A DNA stretch of 64,000 bases from Chrysomallon squamiferum. Taxonomy: Eukaryota; Animalia; Mollusca. The stretch covers positions 6,448,001-6,512,000 of the forward strand of contig CM022666.1 of NCBI GenBank assembly GCA_012295275.1, in the 5' to 3' direction. The position numbers and the translations under genes are program-made. Under the pieces are notes generated by a model. That model was not told the origin of the DNA, made no database searches, and worked only from the letters and a program-made list of their open reading frames with translations. Each line of letters starts with the position of its first letter. Positions within the stretch are counted from its first letter, which is position 1. Positions 12,901-25,800 of this stretch are shown in pieces.

Positions 12901-15900
12901 ACTGAAAATGGCTGACATCGTGAAAACATCTACATCTGATACATAATACTAGGTAGTGCCAAACTTTCCCCAAAGCCCAACTAACAATATTCAAATTTTC
13001 ACAATTTTCAATCATATTTAGCCATTTTCTAATATAATTTTCTTATATTAAACAAAAAGCAGTTTTTATGCAGTAAATAAATGCATCATTAGATCTTACA
13101 TGTTTGTTATTGGAAAGATGATTTTGTTGCTTTTTATGAAAAAGTAACACCAAATTGCATTTTCTGATCAGTGGAAAATGGGTTGGCATATTTCATTGCT
13201 CTTGTATGTTGAAATAGACGGGCCAAAAAAATATTACTTAAAAGAAGAGATTCTGCTTTCATTGGTGGTAAAATAAGTTGCACAGAAAAGAAAACATGTC
13301 AAAGGTTTCTAACTTATGTGTCATACAGTACATTAACAATTCAACCGAAGAAAAGTCAACCTTTTACATAGTGTCATAAACACAATATAATGGGTTTTTA
13401 TATATTTATGCATAGAATACATATTACTCTACATTTAGTGAACCCAAAAGTATTTTTCCTGTTTCTTAGAAATATAGTTTCACAGGTTGCACAAGCACAT
13501 AATTGGGGGTGGGAAATAGGTGATACATATAGTTTCATTTAATATCTTGATAGGAGATTTGGGAAAACTTTTAAATCACTAGTTTATATTTTCAGTCTTG
13601 TTTGCAGAATAAAATGTTTCTCTTTGTCCCTCTTTTCCATTTCAGTCACTTTTTTTTAACTGACTAATATAATTTTTAATTAATATATTTCAAAACATTT
13701 TATGCATATTTAATAGTAAGTAAATTATCAATATTTAAAACAAATTTCTTTGAAAAATATCATACAATTTATTTAAATCCAGAGATGCCTGAATTATTGT
13801 CCATTTGAAATAATTTCAGCTGTGGAAATTAAAAAAAAAACTGACTATGACATATCTGGTAAAAGATAATTTCACACATTGTGTTATATGTATTTGCAGA
13901 AAATAACAAATATCTTTGTTCTTTATTTTCAGAAAAATATAGACGTTTTTGTAAACAGATTAAATTCATTGGAAACTGTTGTTCCATATGAGTACCACAG
14001 GTAATTTGTTTTAAAAATTTATTTTTCTGTATAACTATAAATATTTTTATTGCAACAAACAAACACAACCAAAAAGAAAAACTGTTACATTAGTTGGGTT
14101 ATTTTATTCATAAGCGCTGGGTGAAAGATGTATATTTTCTTCTTTCTTGCTTCCATTTTTATTTCTTATTATCAAAAGTTATCAATAGTGTAAGTGTGAA
14201 TATGAAAATAGCACGTATTGTTAAATAGTCACACATATATTGTACTTTTGTAGTTCAGAAATACTTTGGTTTTAAGATGTTATTCACTTTGGTCATTAAT
14301 CAAGTATTCAGATAATTTACATATTTTATTCTGTAACAGCTTTAAAGGAAATTAATCTGAATTTATTTACATTATTGAACCTTTGAAGAGGAGTTTATGT
14401 AGAAAAATTACTTTACTTAATGATTCTGTTGTTTCAGTTTTGACTTCTGTACAGTACAAGAAGAATACCAAGGATCACCTGTAGAAAATCTTGGTCAGGT
14501 TGTCTTTGGAGAGAGAATTCGGCCATCTCCTTACAAGGTATGCTTACATAATAACCCCTCAAAAAAAAAAAAAAAAAAATAGTAATAGTAATAACAATAA
14601 TTTTTAAGTTTTCTTTATTTTTTGTATTTTCCATTTTAAACTGAAAAAAAATGCTGGTGAATTGCTAATGTGGAGCTAATGTTGTTCATTTGTGAATAAA
14701 TAAAATGTTTAAATAAAAAAGGTTCTTTCTGTTATTAAATACAAAATTAATGTTAATAGTCATGTTTTTAACTGGGGGGGGGAGTCAGGTTTAGTTTTTC
14801 TGTATTCGTTACCTTTTAGATACGTTCATTTTCTTTTTTTAATTGAGGGAATGGGGAAATCATTTTAAAACTAAAACAATAATAATAAGAGCTACGTTTT
14901 TAAAGTATTTTCCATCACATTTGTTTTTATTGTGTTTTGAAATAGGTGGAATTTCTTAAACCAAAAGTTTGTGAGTTAGTGTGTAAGAAGACTTACAAGC
15001 GAGGTGACCAGAGCGATGCAAAAAAGCTGAACTTCCTAAGAAGAGGAATAGCATTAAATTACATGCACCACTGGTAAGATAATTAAATATTAAATATTGC
15101 AGCATGATTAGAATGAAAATACTTTTTTACACACATAATCAGACATCCATACATACACTCACACACATCCTTGCAACTTATTTTTATTTTAAACTGGTTT
15201 AAACAGAATTCCTGAACTAGATTTATGAGATATTAAGAGACAAATGATAGTAAAATCACCTCATCATAATTTATTGTTTAAAACTACTAGGAAATTTTCT
15301 TGGTACAGGTACTAGACCATTTATTCGTTATTAAGAAAACCAGAATTAACTAAAAAAAAAAAAAAAAAAAAAGTGGCTTTTAAGGAGTTTTAATGTGTAT
15401 CTCTTATTAAAGAGTTTTAATGTGTTTGTGTAATCACATTTGTGTTTCCATATTCAGGATTATTGATAACATGCCAATAACATGGTGTTACAAAGTAGAA
15501 ACAGACCAGCAGTACTGCTCCACAGGTTTTCAATCGGATGTTACGTTACTAAACAGGGCAGACGCAAAAATGCTTGTGCAATGAATGTAAATATTTTAAA
15601 ATCCTTTGTATTGGTATAAAATTATTAAAAAATATTTAATATTCAAAGTAATGTTGTTTTTAAAATTGGATAAAAAATGTAGTTTATCGATTATACAATA
15701 ATATATGTACATAACAAAAGTTAATAAAGTTTTTAAGATTTTGTTTTTTGTTATTTTGTAATAATCAGTTTCTAATGCAATTTGCAGATTTACACAAATG
15801 AGTCAAAAATTGAAAAAGGACATTCAAGTGAAATTTTATGGTATCAAATCTTGCGTAAAGATCATATATCAGTTGATTTTTATACTTTTTATTTTATCAA

Positions 15901-17437
15901 GACCATATTCAATGAGGCAGATACTCATTATGTGTTCAACCATGTAAACATCACCATCGAATACCATAGCAATGAGGGGGGTGATTGGGGTCAGACGTTC
16001 ACAGGCGAAGTGGGACGCATTGTTCAAGCCAGGGTGGATGTTTTCAGGTTAGTATTGTTTACTCAAATTATTATACATTAAACATTTTTTTCTAAAAAAT
16101 TACAGCATTATGCAGATGTTTTGGGGTTTTTTGTGGGGTTTTTTCAGTCATTTAATATTTTCATTTTGAAACAGCTGGTTGTTTTGTAAATAATATTAAT
16201 TATGAATGTTTATAAAAGTAACTTTTTTCTCTTTTTTTTAAAGTTTATTACAGATGCAAATGAGATGCATATGTATTTTTGTGACATTCTCAGTGTCTTA
16301 ATGAGTTTTTGAGTAGAACGATATAAGGGGGACACCTTGTGTCAAAAGTTAAAAATGTAAAAATATTTTCTGTCATTGTAAACTGTATTTTCAGTTTAAA
16401 ACATGATCCAAAAACAGTTGGAACAAGTAAAGGATGTGGACCCGGTCTTCCGGTACTTGGAATCAAAGGAGGAGAACTAGCCAAAGACATAGATATATAC
16501 TACACATATTCTGTCCATTGGAGGGTAAGAGATTTTCAGTTTTGATTAAAAGTTAACGATATTAAATTCTGATGAAAACAAAATATTTTCTATTTGGTCT
16601 TAAATTTCCCTCTGATTATAACATTAACTGTATCTATTAAATTCTTTGGAGGACAAAATAGTTAAAATTTTAGACATTTTTAGTTTAGTAGAAGACAAAA
16701 TATTGTCTGTTTTAGTTAAGGTGTCACAGCATTATGAGAGTAACTGTACACATTTTGTCCATGGGAATCTAAAATTATTTAAAATTTTGGTCACATGGGT
16801 TTTAATGTAATATAAACTAGAATGCTGCAGGTATGAAAGTGCATACATGTTTCGACTGTGTGTGGATCTACTCCTTATCTTGCTTGGGTTTATATTAATT
16901 ATAGATGTACTGGTTAAAATATTTAATTCACACACACACACACACACACATTAATGAAACAACATTTATTTGTTTTACAGTCCATATGTTGTATATGAGC
17001 TTAATAAAAGTATTACATTACAACATATTTATGATACCAGAAAAATAAAAATGCAGTTTATTTCTAGGAAAACAGAATAATAAAATGGTCTTCTCGATGG
17101 GATTACATATTGGATTCCATGCCACACACAAACATTCAGTGGTTCAGGTACAGTGAAACACAAATAGCTTTGTATACAATTTTAAAACAGAAACACAATG
17201 TTTTATATTAATTATATGTATTTATGGTAGAGCTGCCAAAGAAATAGTAAAAGCCAGCTGTTTCTTCAAACCATCATGGGTTGTTATCCAAAGCTCAGAC
17301 CAAAGACAGGAATGACTAGTTAATCAAAAGAAGAAAAAAAAAAATCCAGTCTGGGGAAACATGTCTTCATAATCAGAAATTGCTATCAGTAATTGCTGCT
17401 TATAAAAATAATGTTAAAATAACTAATATGTGTATAT

Positions 17438-17474
<37 letters not shown>

Positions 17475-20400
17475 AACTAGATTTAATGAAATGTTATGTC
17501 ACACATACACACGTATATATGTATGTGTGTGCATGTATGTGTATTGCATTATATTATATTATATTGTAGCATCCTTAATTCCCTGGTCATAGTTCTGTTC
17601 TTGTCGGGAATGGTTGCCATGATCATGTTGAGGACACTGCATAAAGACATAGCTCGCTACAACCAGATGGAAAGTGCTGTAAGTAGAAGAGATATTGAAC
17701 TTAAACAATTTAGAAGCGGTGGTACATCCTTGATTTTAGGATGTCATGAAACAATGACTACCAGTCAAAAATTTGGCATATAAACACAAAGTGAACTGAC
17801 CAAGATTCAGATGTAAAAAATATATCAATACACATAACTAAACAAAATTAAATAAAAAAGCGATATACATCTGTAGAAAAAATATGCTAGTCTATATATA
17901 AACAGTTGATTTCATTGATTTAGTTACTAGACATACAGAATGTATTTTATAAGTAAAGTTATGAGATGTTAATACTAAATCCTTATTTAAGACATGTACT
18001 AAATCAAATTAAATGAAAAAGCAATATTTCTGCAGTAGCATAAAAAAAATATGCTATATTCTATATAAACAGTTAATTTCATTTTTGTTTCTAGAGTTAT
18101 AAAGGATGATAGTTAGGTTATATATTTCGTAGCTAAAGTTACAAAAGGTTAATCTATACTTGGTAGTTATTTTTATTTACTTCATGCAGTGATAGATGTG
18201 AAATGTCACAGGTTTGTAATATTTTTTAAGATAATTTTTACTTTCTGGAATGAAAAATATTTGTATGTGTGTTTTGAAAACTTATTTAGTAAGAAAGCAA
18301 ATATTACTTTGCTATCTCTCTTTTTTTTCTTCTTTTTTTTTAACATGAAAACAAGCAAATTTATATAACTGTTTTTATATCTTTATACTGACTGTTTGTG
18401 TCACAGGAAGATGCCCAGGAGGAGTTTGGTTGGAAGTTGGTTCACGGTGATGTGTTTCGTCCTCCAAGGAAGGGAATGCTTCTCTCAGTCCTGACTGGAA
18501 ACGGAACACAGATTTTCTGCATGACACTGATAACCTTAGGTATTTGTTTTTATACAGATTTGTATGCACGAATCAACTGCTAGTTAAGTCACATTAAAGT
18601 ATGACAATTATTTTTGTTATATCTGAAGATATTTAATTTTTAATTTTTCTTCTTTATAAGGTTGGGTGTGGGTTTTTTTTGGCTGTTTATGTGAATTCAT
18701 TACCTTATGAACTGCTGAAGTCGTATAAAATAATAAATATTTGCACATGGTTCCAGTTTCTTGTCAATAATTTGTATACGGAAATTAGTTTGTCTTCAAA
18801 GCTTTATATTTAGATTGTTTTATAGAGAAATTATTAAAAAAAAAAAACACCCCAAAATAATCTAAAAGCAAACTGAAATTGCAGAATGACAAGACCAGTG
18901 AATATAATTATAAAATATATTTTCTGTTTTGTTAATACAACTAATTTCTTTTGATTAAAATAACATAAAATACATTATTTAAATATATTTTTTATATATT
19001 TTCAGTATTTGCCGGTCTTGGCTTTTTATCACCAGCAAACAGAGGAGCTCTAATGAGCTGTTCTTTGGTAAGTTTTTTAATTTTATTTCATTTAAAATTA
19101 TTTATCTTATGTTATTATTTTTTGAGAGCTGTTTCTTAAACTGTGGGATAGACAGTAATTCATATGAACACATAGATGTATGTGGACATGTGTATGTCCA
19201 ATATTTTTAAAGGTACATCATTCTGCCTTGAAAAATAAAATATTTTGTTTATTATAATGATGTTCAAACAATTGATACGTTATAAGAATATACGTTTCCA
19301 TTTTAATATCTGTTACAAGTATTCTTTTTAAATTTTTCTAAATCTTTCTTTATTTTTTTAAGGTGTTGTATGTGTGCTTAGGAACACCTGCTGGGTATGT
19401 GTCTGCAAGAATTTATAAAAGTAAGTCAAAATTTCTAAATTGTGAAAATAATTGTATTGGTGTGGATTCTTTTTGTAGAAAGTAAGTTACAATTTTCAAA
19501 TTACGAAAACAGTGTTGTTCTTTTTCTTTTTTTTTAACAAACTCGGTTATTATTTGTAAACTATGAAAACAGTTATGTTGTGTTTATTTTTCACAAAACC
19601 AATATATAAGATATAATATCATACTTAAATTTTATACATCTGAATAAACTGAACACATTTGGCAGACTTTAAAATGACTGAAAATAAATAATTATCAAAT
19701 TTAAACAAGCTTTGTTGCTTGGTGTTAGGATACATTTGGATTTCTAATATTAATTAGCTTCCATTGATGAATCTCATGAAATAAGTGGATATGTAGCTTT
19801 CTTTGACATGATACAAAATAATATTTAAACACGGAAGTTCAGTTGACAGAAGGATTCTTTCTTATGTCTTCTTTTCACTGTAAGATCCTTATATCAAACA
19901 GGATTTGTGTGATTGCCAAAGGATTGGAATGTAGATTGAAAGCATGAAATGTTCCTAAGATAACAAATAAAATACTTTGATGACATAATCTATTATTTTA
20001 ATCATGATTTTATGTTTTCCCAGTGTTTGGAGGAGAGAAATGGAAATCAAATGTTCTTATGACAGCTTTCCTCTGTCCTGGGTAAGTTACAAGTTTTTTT
20101 TTATATACTTACTTTTGCTGTTGAAAGTTATAACAACACTTTAGAGATTAATATATTGGCAGAAAAAACAGTTTGTTCCATTATTTTAATTTCTGAATTC
20201 TGTTGGGTTTTTTTCAGCATTATCTTTGCTGTGTTCTTTCTGCTGAATCTTGTTCTGTGGATAAAGGGAAGCAGTGCAGCAATTCCTTTCTCTACTTTGG
20301 TGGCCTTGTTAGCTCTGTGGTTTGGAATTTCAGTGCCATTGACCTTTGTTGGGGCATATTTTGGATTTAAGAAAAGAGTAAGTTTAACTATATATCAACA

Positions 20401-22834
20401 TATAATTTGGTTTCGAAAATGCATATGCAAATATTTTAATTTATATATTTCTTTATTCTTAAATATAACTTCGATTCTTTCAAGTTATTTTTTTGCTTTC
20501 TTATATTTTTTTCTTATTTTTTCTTATTAAAGTTAATAATGTAACTAAAATTTGAAAATATTTTTAAAAATAAATAAATAAATTCTAAGAGAAAAGTGCA
20601 AACTATAGGCACGTGATAAAAAACAACAAACATAGCAATATCTAAATAACAATATGGTCTAACTGTAATACATAAATTTTGATGTGCAAGTTTTTTTGTG
20701 TTTTTTTTCCAGCCCATTGAGCATCCAGTTCGTACCAACCAGATTCCTAGACAGATACCTGAACAGACATTTTACACCAAACCTCTGCCAGGGATCATCA
20801 TGGGTGGCATCTTGCCATTTGGCTGTATATTTATCCAACTGTTTTTCATTCTAAACAGCATCTGGTATGTTGTTGGAATTTTTAGCTCTTCTGTTTTTTT
20901 CACCGAGTGCACATACATACACACACACACACACAAAAAAAGTTCAGTTTTCTTTTCATTGTTAATCCTAATACAGTTTCCAAAACTTTTTATAAAGATT
21001 ATTTATCAGGTTGATTTCTGACTTACAACTCAAAACATACTGGATCTAAGTATTTATATTTATATATGAAGTGAAAAAAATACATATTTACAGTTATAAC
21101 TTGGATAACATAAATGTTGATTTCTTGAGATTCTTACTCTTAAATCTTGCATGAAAAGAAAGTTGGCATTTGTCTGTACATGTTTGTGTGTGCATATTTA
21201 TGTGATGTGATATTTGTGTGTCTTTATTTATTTTGTTTTTTATTTATTTACTAAATACACAAAAGTTTAATTTCTTGCAACGCATTACTCGTCTATCAGA
21301 ATTGCAGTAGTTGTGAGAAATTCAAATCCTTGAACAACCTGAAACCAAACTATTTCACTGACCCCTTCCAGCTGAACTTAACAAAATTTGACTGTTAATA
21401 TAAATATTTTAAAATACAACTCTGTGTTTGTTGCATGCAGCTTTATTTGGAGGATTAAAGTAATTTACAGAACATCTGAATGTTAAACAATCACAGTGAA
21501 CAGTGTCAGTCAATAAACTGTATGTTTGTGTATTTTCAATGCAGGTCTCATCAGATGTACTACATGTTCGGATTCCTTATCCTGGTTTTTGTCATCCTTG
21601 TTGTCACCTGTTCAGAAGCAACAATCCTTCTTTGCTATTTCCACCTGTGTGCTGAGGTACAGCAAGCTGTATTTTTAAAATATATTTTAAAAAATATTAT
21701 ATTTAGAATTTTTGTAACATTGTTTGTATTTTCAGTTGCAAATTTAAATAATTCCAGATGCTTTGTTGATCGTTATTCTGTACCACTATCAGTATCGGTG
21801 ATTAAGAATAATGTGTTTTATGTTTAGAAGATAGATTTAACAGTCAGCAGATTTATTTATTTTGTTTGTTTTTTTTCTTATTATTTTTTTCTTATATATT
21901 ATTTTTTAATTTTTATATTTTTTTATTTATTTATTTTTTTTTTTTTTGAATACATGAATTTTATTATTTTATTTATTTGTATACTATTAATGACAAGACT
22001 TTGTATTTACTGATTTTTAAAAGTGGTGCTAAATATGAAAGACAGCAGTATAAGTGTTAAAATAACCAGTTTTAATATTTCTGTCTCTCTCCACAGGACT
22101 ATCAATGGTGGTGGCGTTCTTTCTTAACAAGTGGATTCACTGCCGTGTACTTCTTCTTGTATTGTATTCACTACTTTGTAACCAAGCTGGAAATGACTGG
22201 AGCTGTTAGCATATTTCTCTACTTTGGTTACACATCTATTATCGTGTTTGTGTTCTTCTTGTTAACAGGTATGTAGACCGTCATTTCTTAATTTATTTTT
22301 TATTCATTGTTAAATTGTGTCAATGAGTGTAATGCATGGTACGTGAATTAATAAATAACCGTCTATTAGAAGGATATTTGAGAAATCTCTTCTTTTTTAA
22401 ATAATAATAAAAAAAGTATATATATATATAAATTAATATGTAGTAATGATAATCTTTAATATAATTTATATCATTGTTAAAAATTTTAAATATTACATTT
22501 CTGGCTCTGTCTTCATAAATTTAGTTTTTAAAAGGGACATGTCACTACCTGGATTTTTAATTCAGTTCTCAGATATGTTTCATTTTATGATAAATAATGC
22601 CAACCAGATTAAAATGGTAACCTTTTTCTTTTTTTTCCCCCAAAACTTTGTTACTTATTTTATTTTCTGTTTTACTTGATTTTTTATTTTACATATTTAC
22701 CTGTGTTCAAGAAGTTGACTGATTAAAAATTTTAAATTATTAAAAACAATTATTTTCTTCTTTCAGGCACAATTGGTTTTTTCTCATGTTTCTGGTTTGT
22801 TTCAAAGATCTACAGCGTTGTAAAAGTCGATTAA
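9945..22834 (+). CDS. TM9SF2: Transmembrane 9 superfamily member 2 (nonaspanin), ~664 aa, 18 exons; 1-nt deletion at ~15531
   Basis: Exons 9945-10073, 13933-14000, 14438-14537, 14946-15073, 15458-15586, 15902-16047, 16395-16524, 17068-17147, 17570-17678, 18407-18539, 19006-19067, 19363-19420, 20024-20081, 20218-20377, 20713-20864, 21545-21656, 22097-22268, 22767-22834. Signal peptide then FYLPGIAP; [12 protein letters not shown]; [25 protein letters not shown]; [13 protein letters not shown]; ends YSVVKVD (KxD/E motif). Confidence 0.95.
11000..12204. mobile_element. Non-autonomous DNA transposon with TTAA target-site duplication (Kolobok/piggyBac-like) in TM9SF2 intron 1
   Basis: TTAA(10996-10999)|ACGCTATAT ... 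ATATAGCGT|TTAA(12205-12208), with imperfect inverted similarity continuing inward (AGTCAT..TTGTGA / TCACAA..ATGACT). CpG-rich core at 11560-11970 contrasts with the host intron; no transposase ORF. Superfamily call is an inference. Confidence 0.65.
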
Positions 22835-25800
22835 CTGAAGCTCGTGTGATAAATAAACCTTTATATTCCATCATCGTTGTAACATGTCGAAGACAGCAAA
22901 AACAAACAAATACTGTGAGGATTTCTGTACAAAGTTGGGTGTTTGTTTATAAGTGTTGGGAGTTACATTTGAAAGAGTAAATGTTCACTTATATTTTAAT
23001 TTTTTTATTTATTTATTAATTTTTTTTTTAAACTATCAGGTATCTTGAAATACTGACACTATTTTTATTATCTATTATTATTTTAATTTTTTTTTTATTT
23101 TTTTTTTCATACATCTGTTTTCCACATCACTGGCTTGTATATTAATTTTTTCTTGTAATTTTTTATAGCTGAGGAGTTTTTAATTTAAATTACTACATTG
23201 ACAAACAGATGTAGCAGACTGTTGTGTCAGTTGAGAATTTATTTTGAATGAATCTGATCCAGACAGGAATAAAAGCATACATGACTCAAGAAAATATACA
23301 TGACCTTTTGGTTGTTATTAAACAAACCATTATCATTTGAAACCATTATGCAGTGTAAATAGAATTGATATTCTTTTATAAATAAGGGGAAAAGGCCCAT
23401 CATATCTCAGTATATAATAATAATAATATATTAAGTTTGCTTAAGATTTTTGTCTTGTGAAAAGATGTAGTTATTTGTTCAGTACTATTTATAGCAGGTA
23501 TATAAATCGGTTCAAATAACCTATTTATATGTTATTGTTCTTCCCTAGTAACAAAATTTGTTAATTACCCAATTTGTTTATAATGTGAAATACTAGGAAT
23601 TAGGTACAATCATTATAAAATTAGTCTGAAGAAATTTCATCAAGAAAATAATAAAAAATTTGACATTTATGGTCTTTTTAAAATAAAAAACATGAAATGT
23701 AAAATTCAGAGACAATTCAAGTGTAAAATGTGGATTAGTATATAAATTATAAAAGTTACTTTTCTTTATTTTAAAAGATACATCTTCCTCAAAATGAATA
23801 AATAATATTGTACCTTTTTTAAATTCAAATTTTTGTTCAAATCTCTAACAATTTTAAGAGGAGCCAATAACGTCCTTTGATTCTTTTTATTTATCAGTAG
23901 TCTCATTTTTTAATTATTAATTTTAAAAATGGCATATAATTTTAATGTATCACTTATAAATGCTACATGTTCAGCTTTTGATAAACACATAATGTAAATT
24001 AATTTGTATACAGTATTTCTATTTTTAAAAAACAACTAGGGTATGCTAATCATACAGTTTAATCATATTTTACATTTAATTCTGATTTTGCACCAACTGC
24101 CTGTCAACTCTGATCAGATATTTTCCTGATGCTTAGAAAAGGTTCCTGTCAACAACAATAAAAAAGGTACTGCATTGGTCTTATGCATTTTTCTGGTTTT
24201 TAAACTGACTTTTTTAAGAGTCTTAACAAATAGCATACTAGTCATTGTAATAATAAAAAACCAACAACAAAACACCCAAAAAGAACACTGTTAGATAAGT
24301 AAATAACAGTATTAATTAATACACAATACATGGAATTCAGATATATATTGAACTTGTTAAAATTAATGCATAACGGTAGAGTGGGTTATTTGCAAATTTT
24401 TTTGTTTTTACTGACAATTGTTAACCACAAGAACTGCAGAACATTCTTTTACCAATGACAATGTGGGCCTATAAATCTAAACCTTGAAACTTTTTCCCAC
24501 AAATGTTTGAACAGTAACTGATATGTACGACAGCCCTGTAATGATGTGACAAGGAGCTTTGGGTGTTATTTTAAAAGATGACTGGATAAACACAATGATC
24601 AGTCAGAAGATTGTACCAAAGAGGTATAAGTTTCAAAAATGCTATGTTAAACACATTTACTGTACTCTTTTGTCACTAAGTAGTAAGTAGTCAAGTATGG
24701 TGCAGGATTTAATTGCCAAGTGAACAAAACATTTTTGAGGTGAAAATTGGTTACATAAGATAAATGATTGCTTGCCTTGAAATATAACTGCAGTGGTTCA
24801 TTTTTGTGTTCAACTTTTAGGATTTGAAAATGGTTGAATCAAGTGGGAATATTTTTGTTTTAATGTTTTTTTTTATTTTTTTATTTTTTTTATTGTTTGT
24901 TAACATTCATTGAAAAAAACAGGATGAATGTTTTGCTGTGGTTAAAATAATTTTTGTATTCTAGGTGAACAAAGTTTAGGTACTTACTGTCGTGTTTTGT
25001 TCTGAGTTATTCACTGAAAGACTTAATAATTGTCCCTTCATGTTTGTAAATCTTTGTAAGATGTACGAGTCAGGTTATTTGACTGTCAGAATGAAGAGTG
25101 TTTGGTATACTTTGTCCTTTTTTGATTATGAAAGACTATTATACTTAAACCAATCATTCAGAATAAATCTGGAATTCTGCAAAACCTATTCTGACTATCA
25201 TTTTATTTTGCCTGTGCATATGTTGGCTGTGTGTTGTTTGTGTACATATTCACATACAAAAATGTGTATTATTTCTGAATACAGAATAGGTTTTCACGGT
25301 ACAACACTAGAATAGTAAATTAAAAATTTAGAATTTAAATAATAGTAGATTGTTCATTTAATATCACAGATTATATATCCTTTACACTAGATAACTGGCT
25401 TGACTAGCAATTTTAAAATTAGTTTGTATCAATTAAATTTGTTTTAGAATCTGTATTTATTTATTTATTTATTTTATTTTATTTTATTCTTTTAATACAT
25501 AGCTTAATTAAGTTTGTAAACAAGAGCATAATAACAAATATTGGAAAAAAAAATCAGGTGTTGCTAAATGAGAAGAGATTTGAAGTATGCTGTGACAAAA
25601 CATTTGGATAATATTCTTAGTAACAGTATTTTAATTATCTTCTGTATGATGAATGAGGTATTTGATTTTATGTACACACACACCTGACACAAATAATTTA
25701 TGGTGTAATTGGTAAGAATTAAATTCTGTATAGCTGAAAAGGCTATGTATTGTGTTCAGAGTAACAAAAAAAGATTATTAATAATAATCTGATCGATAAT

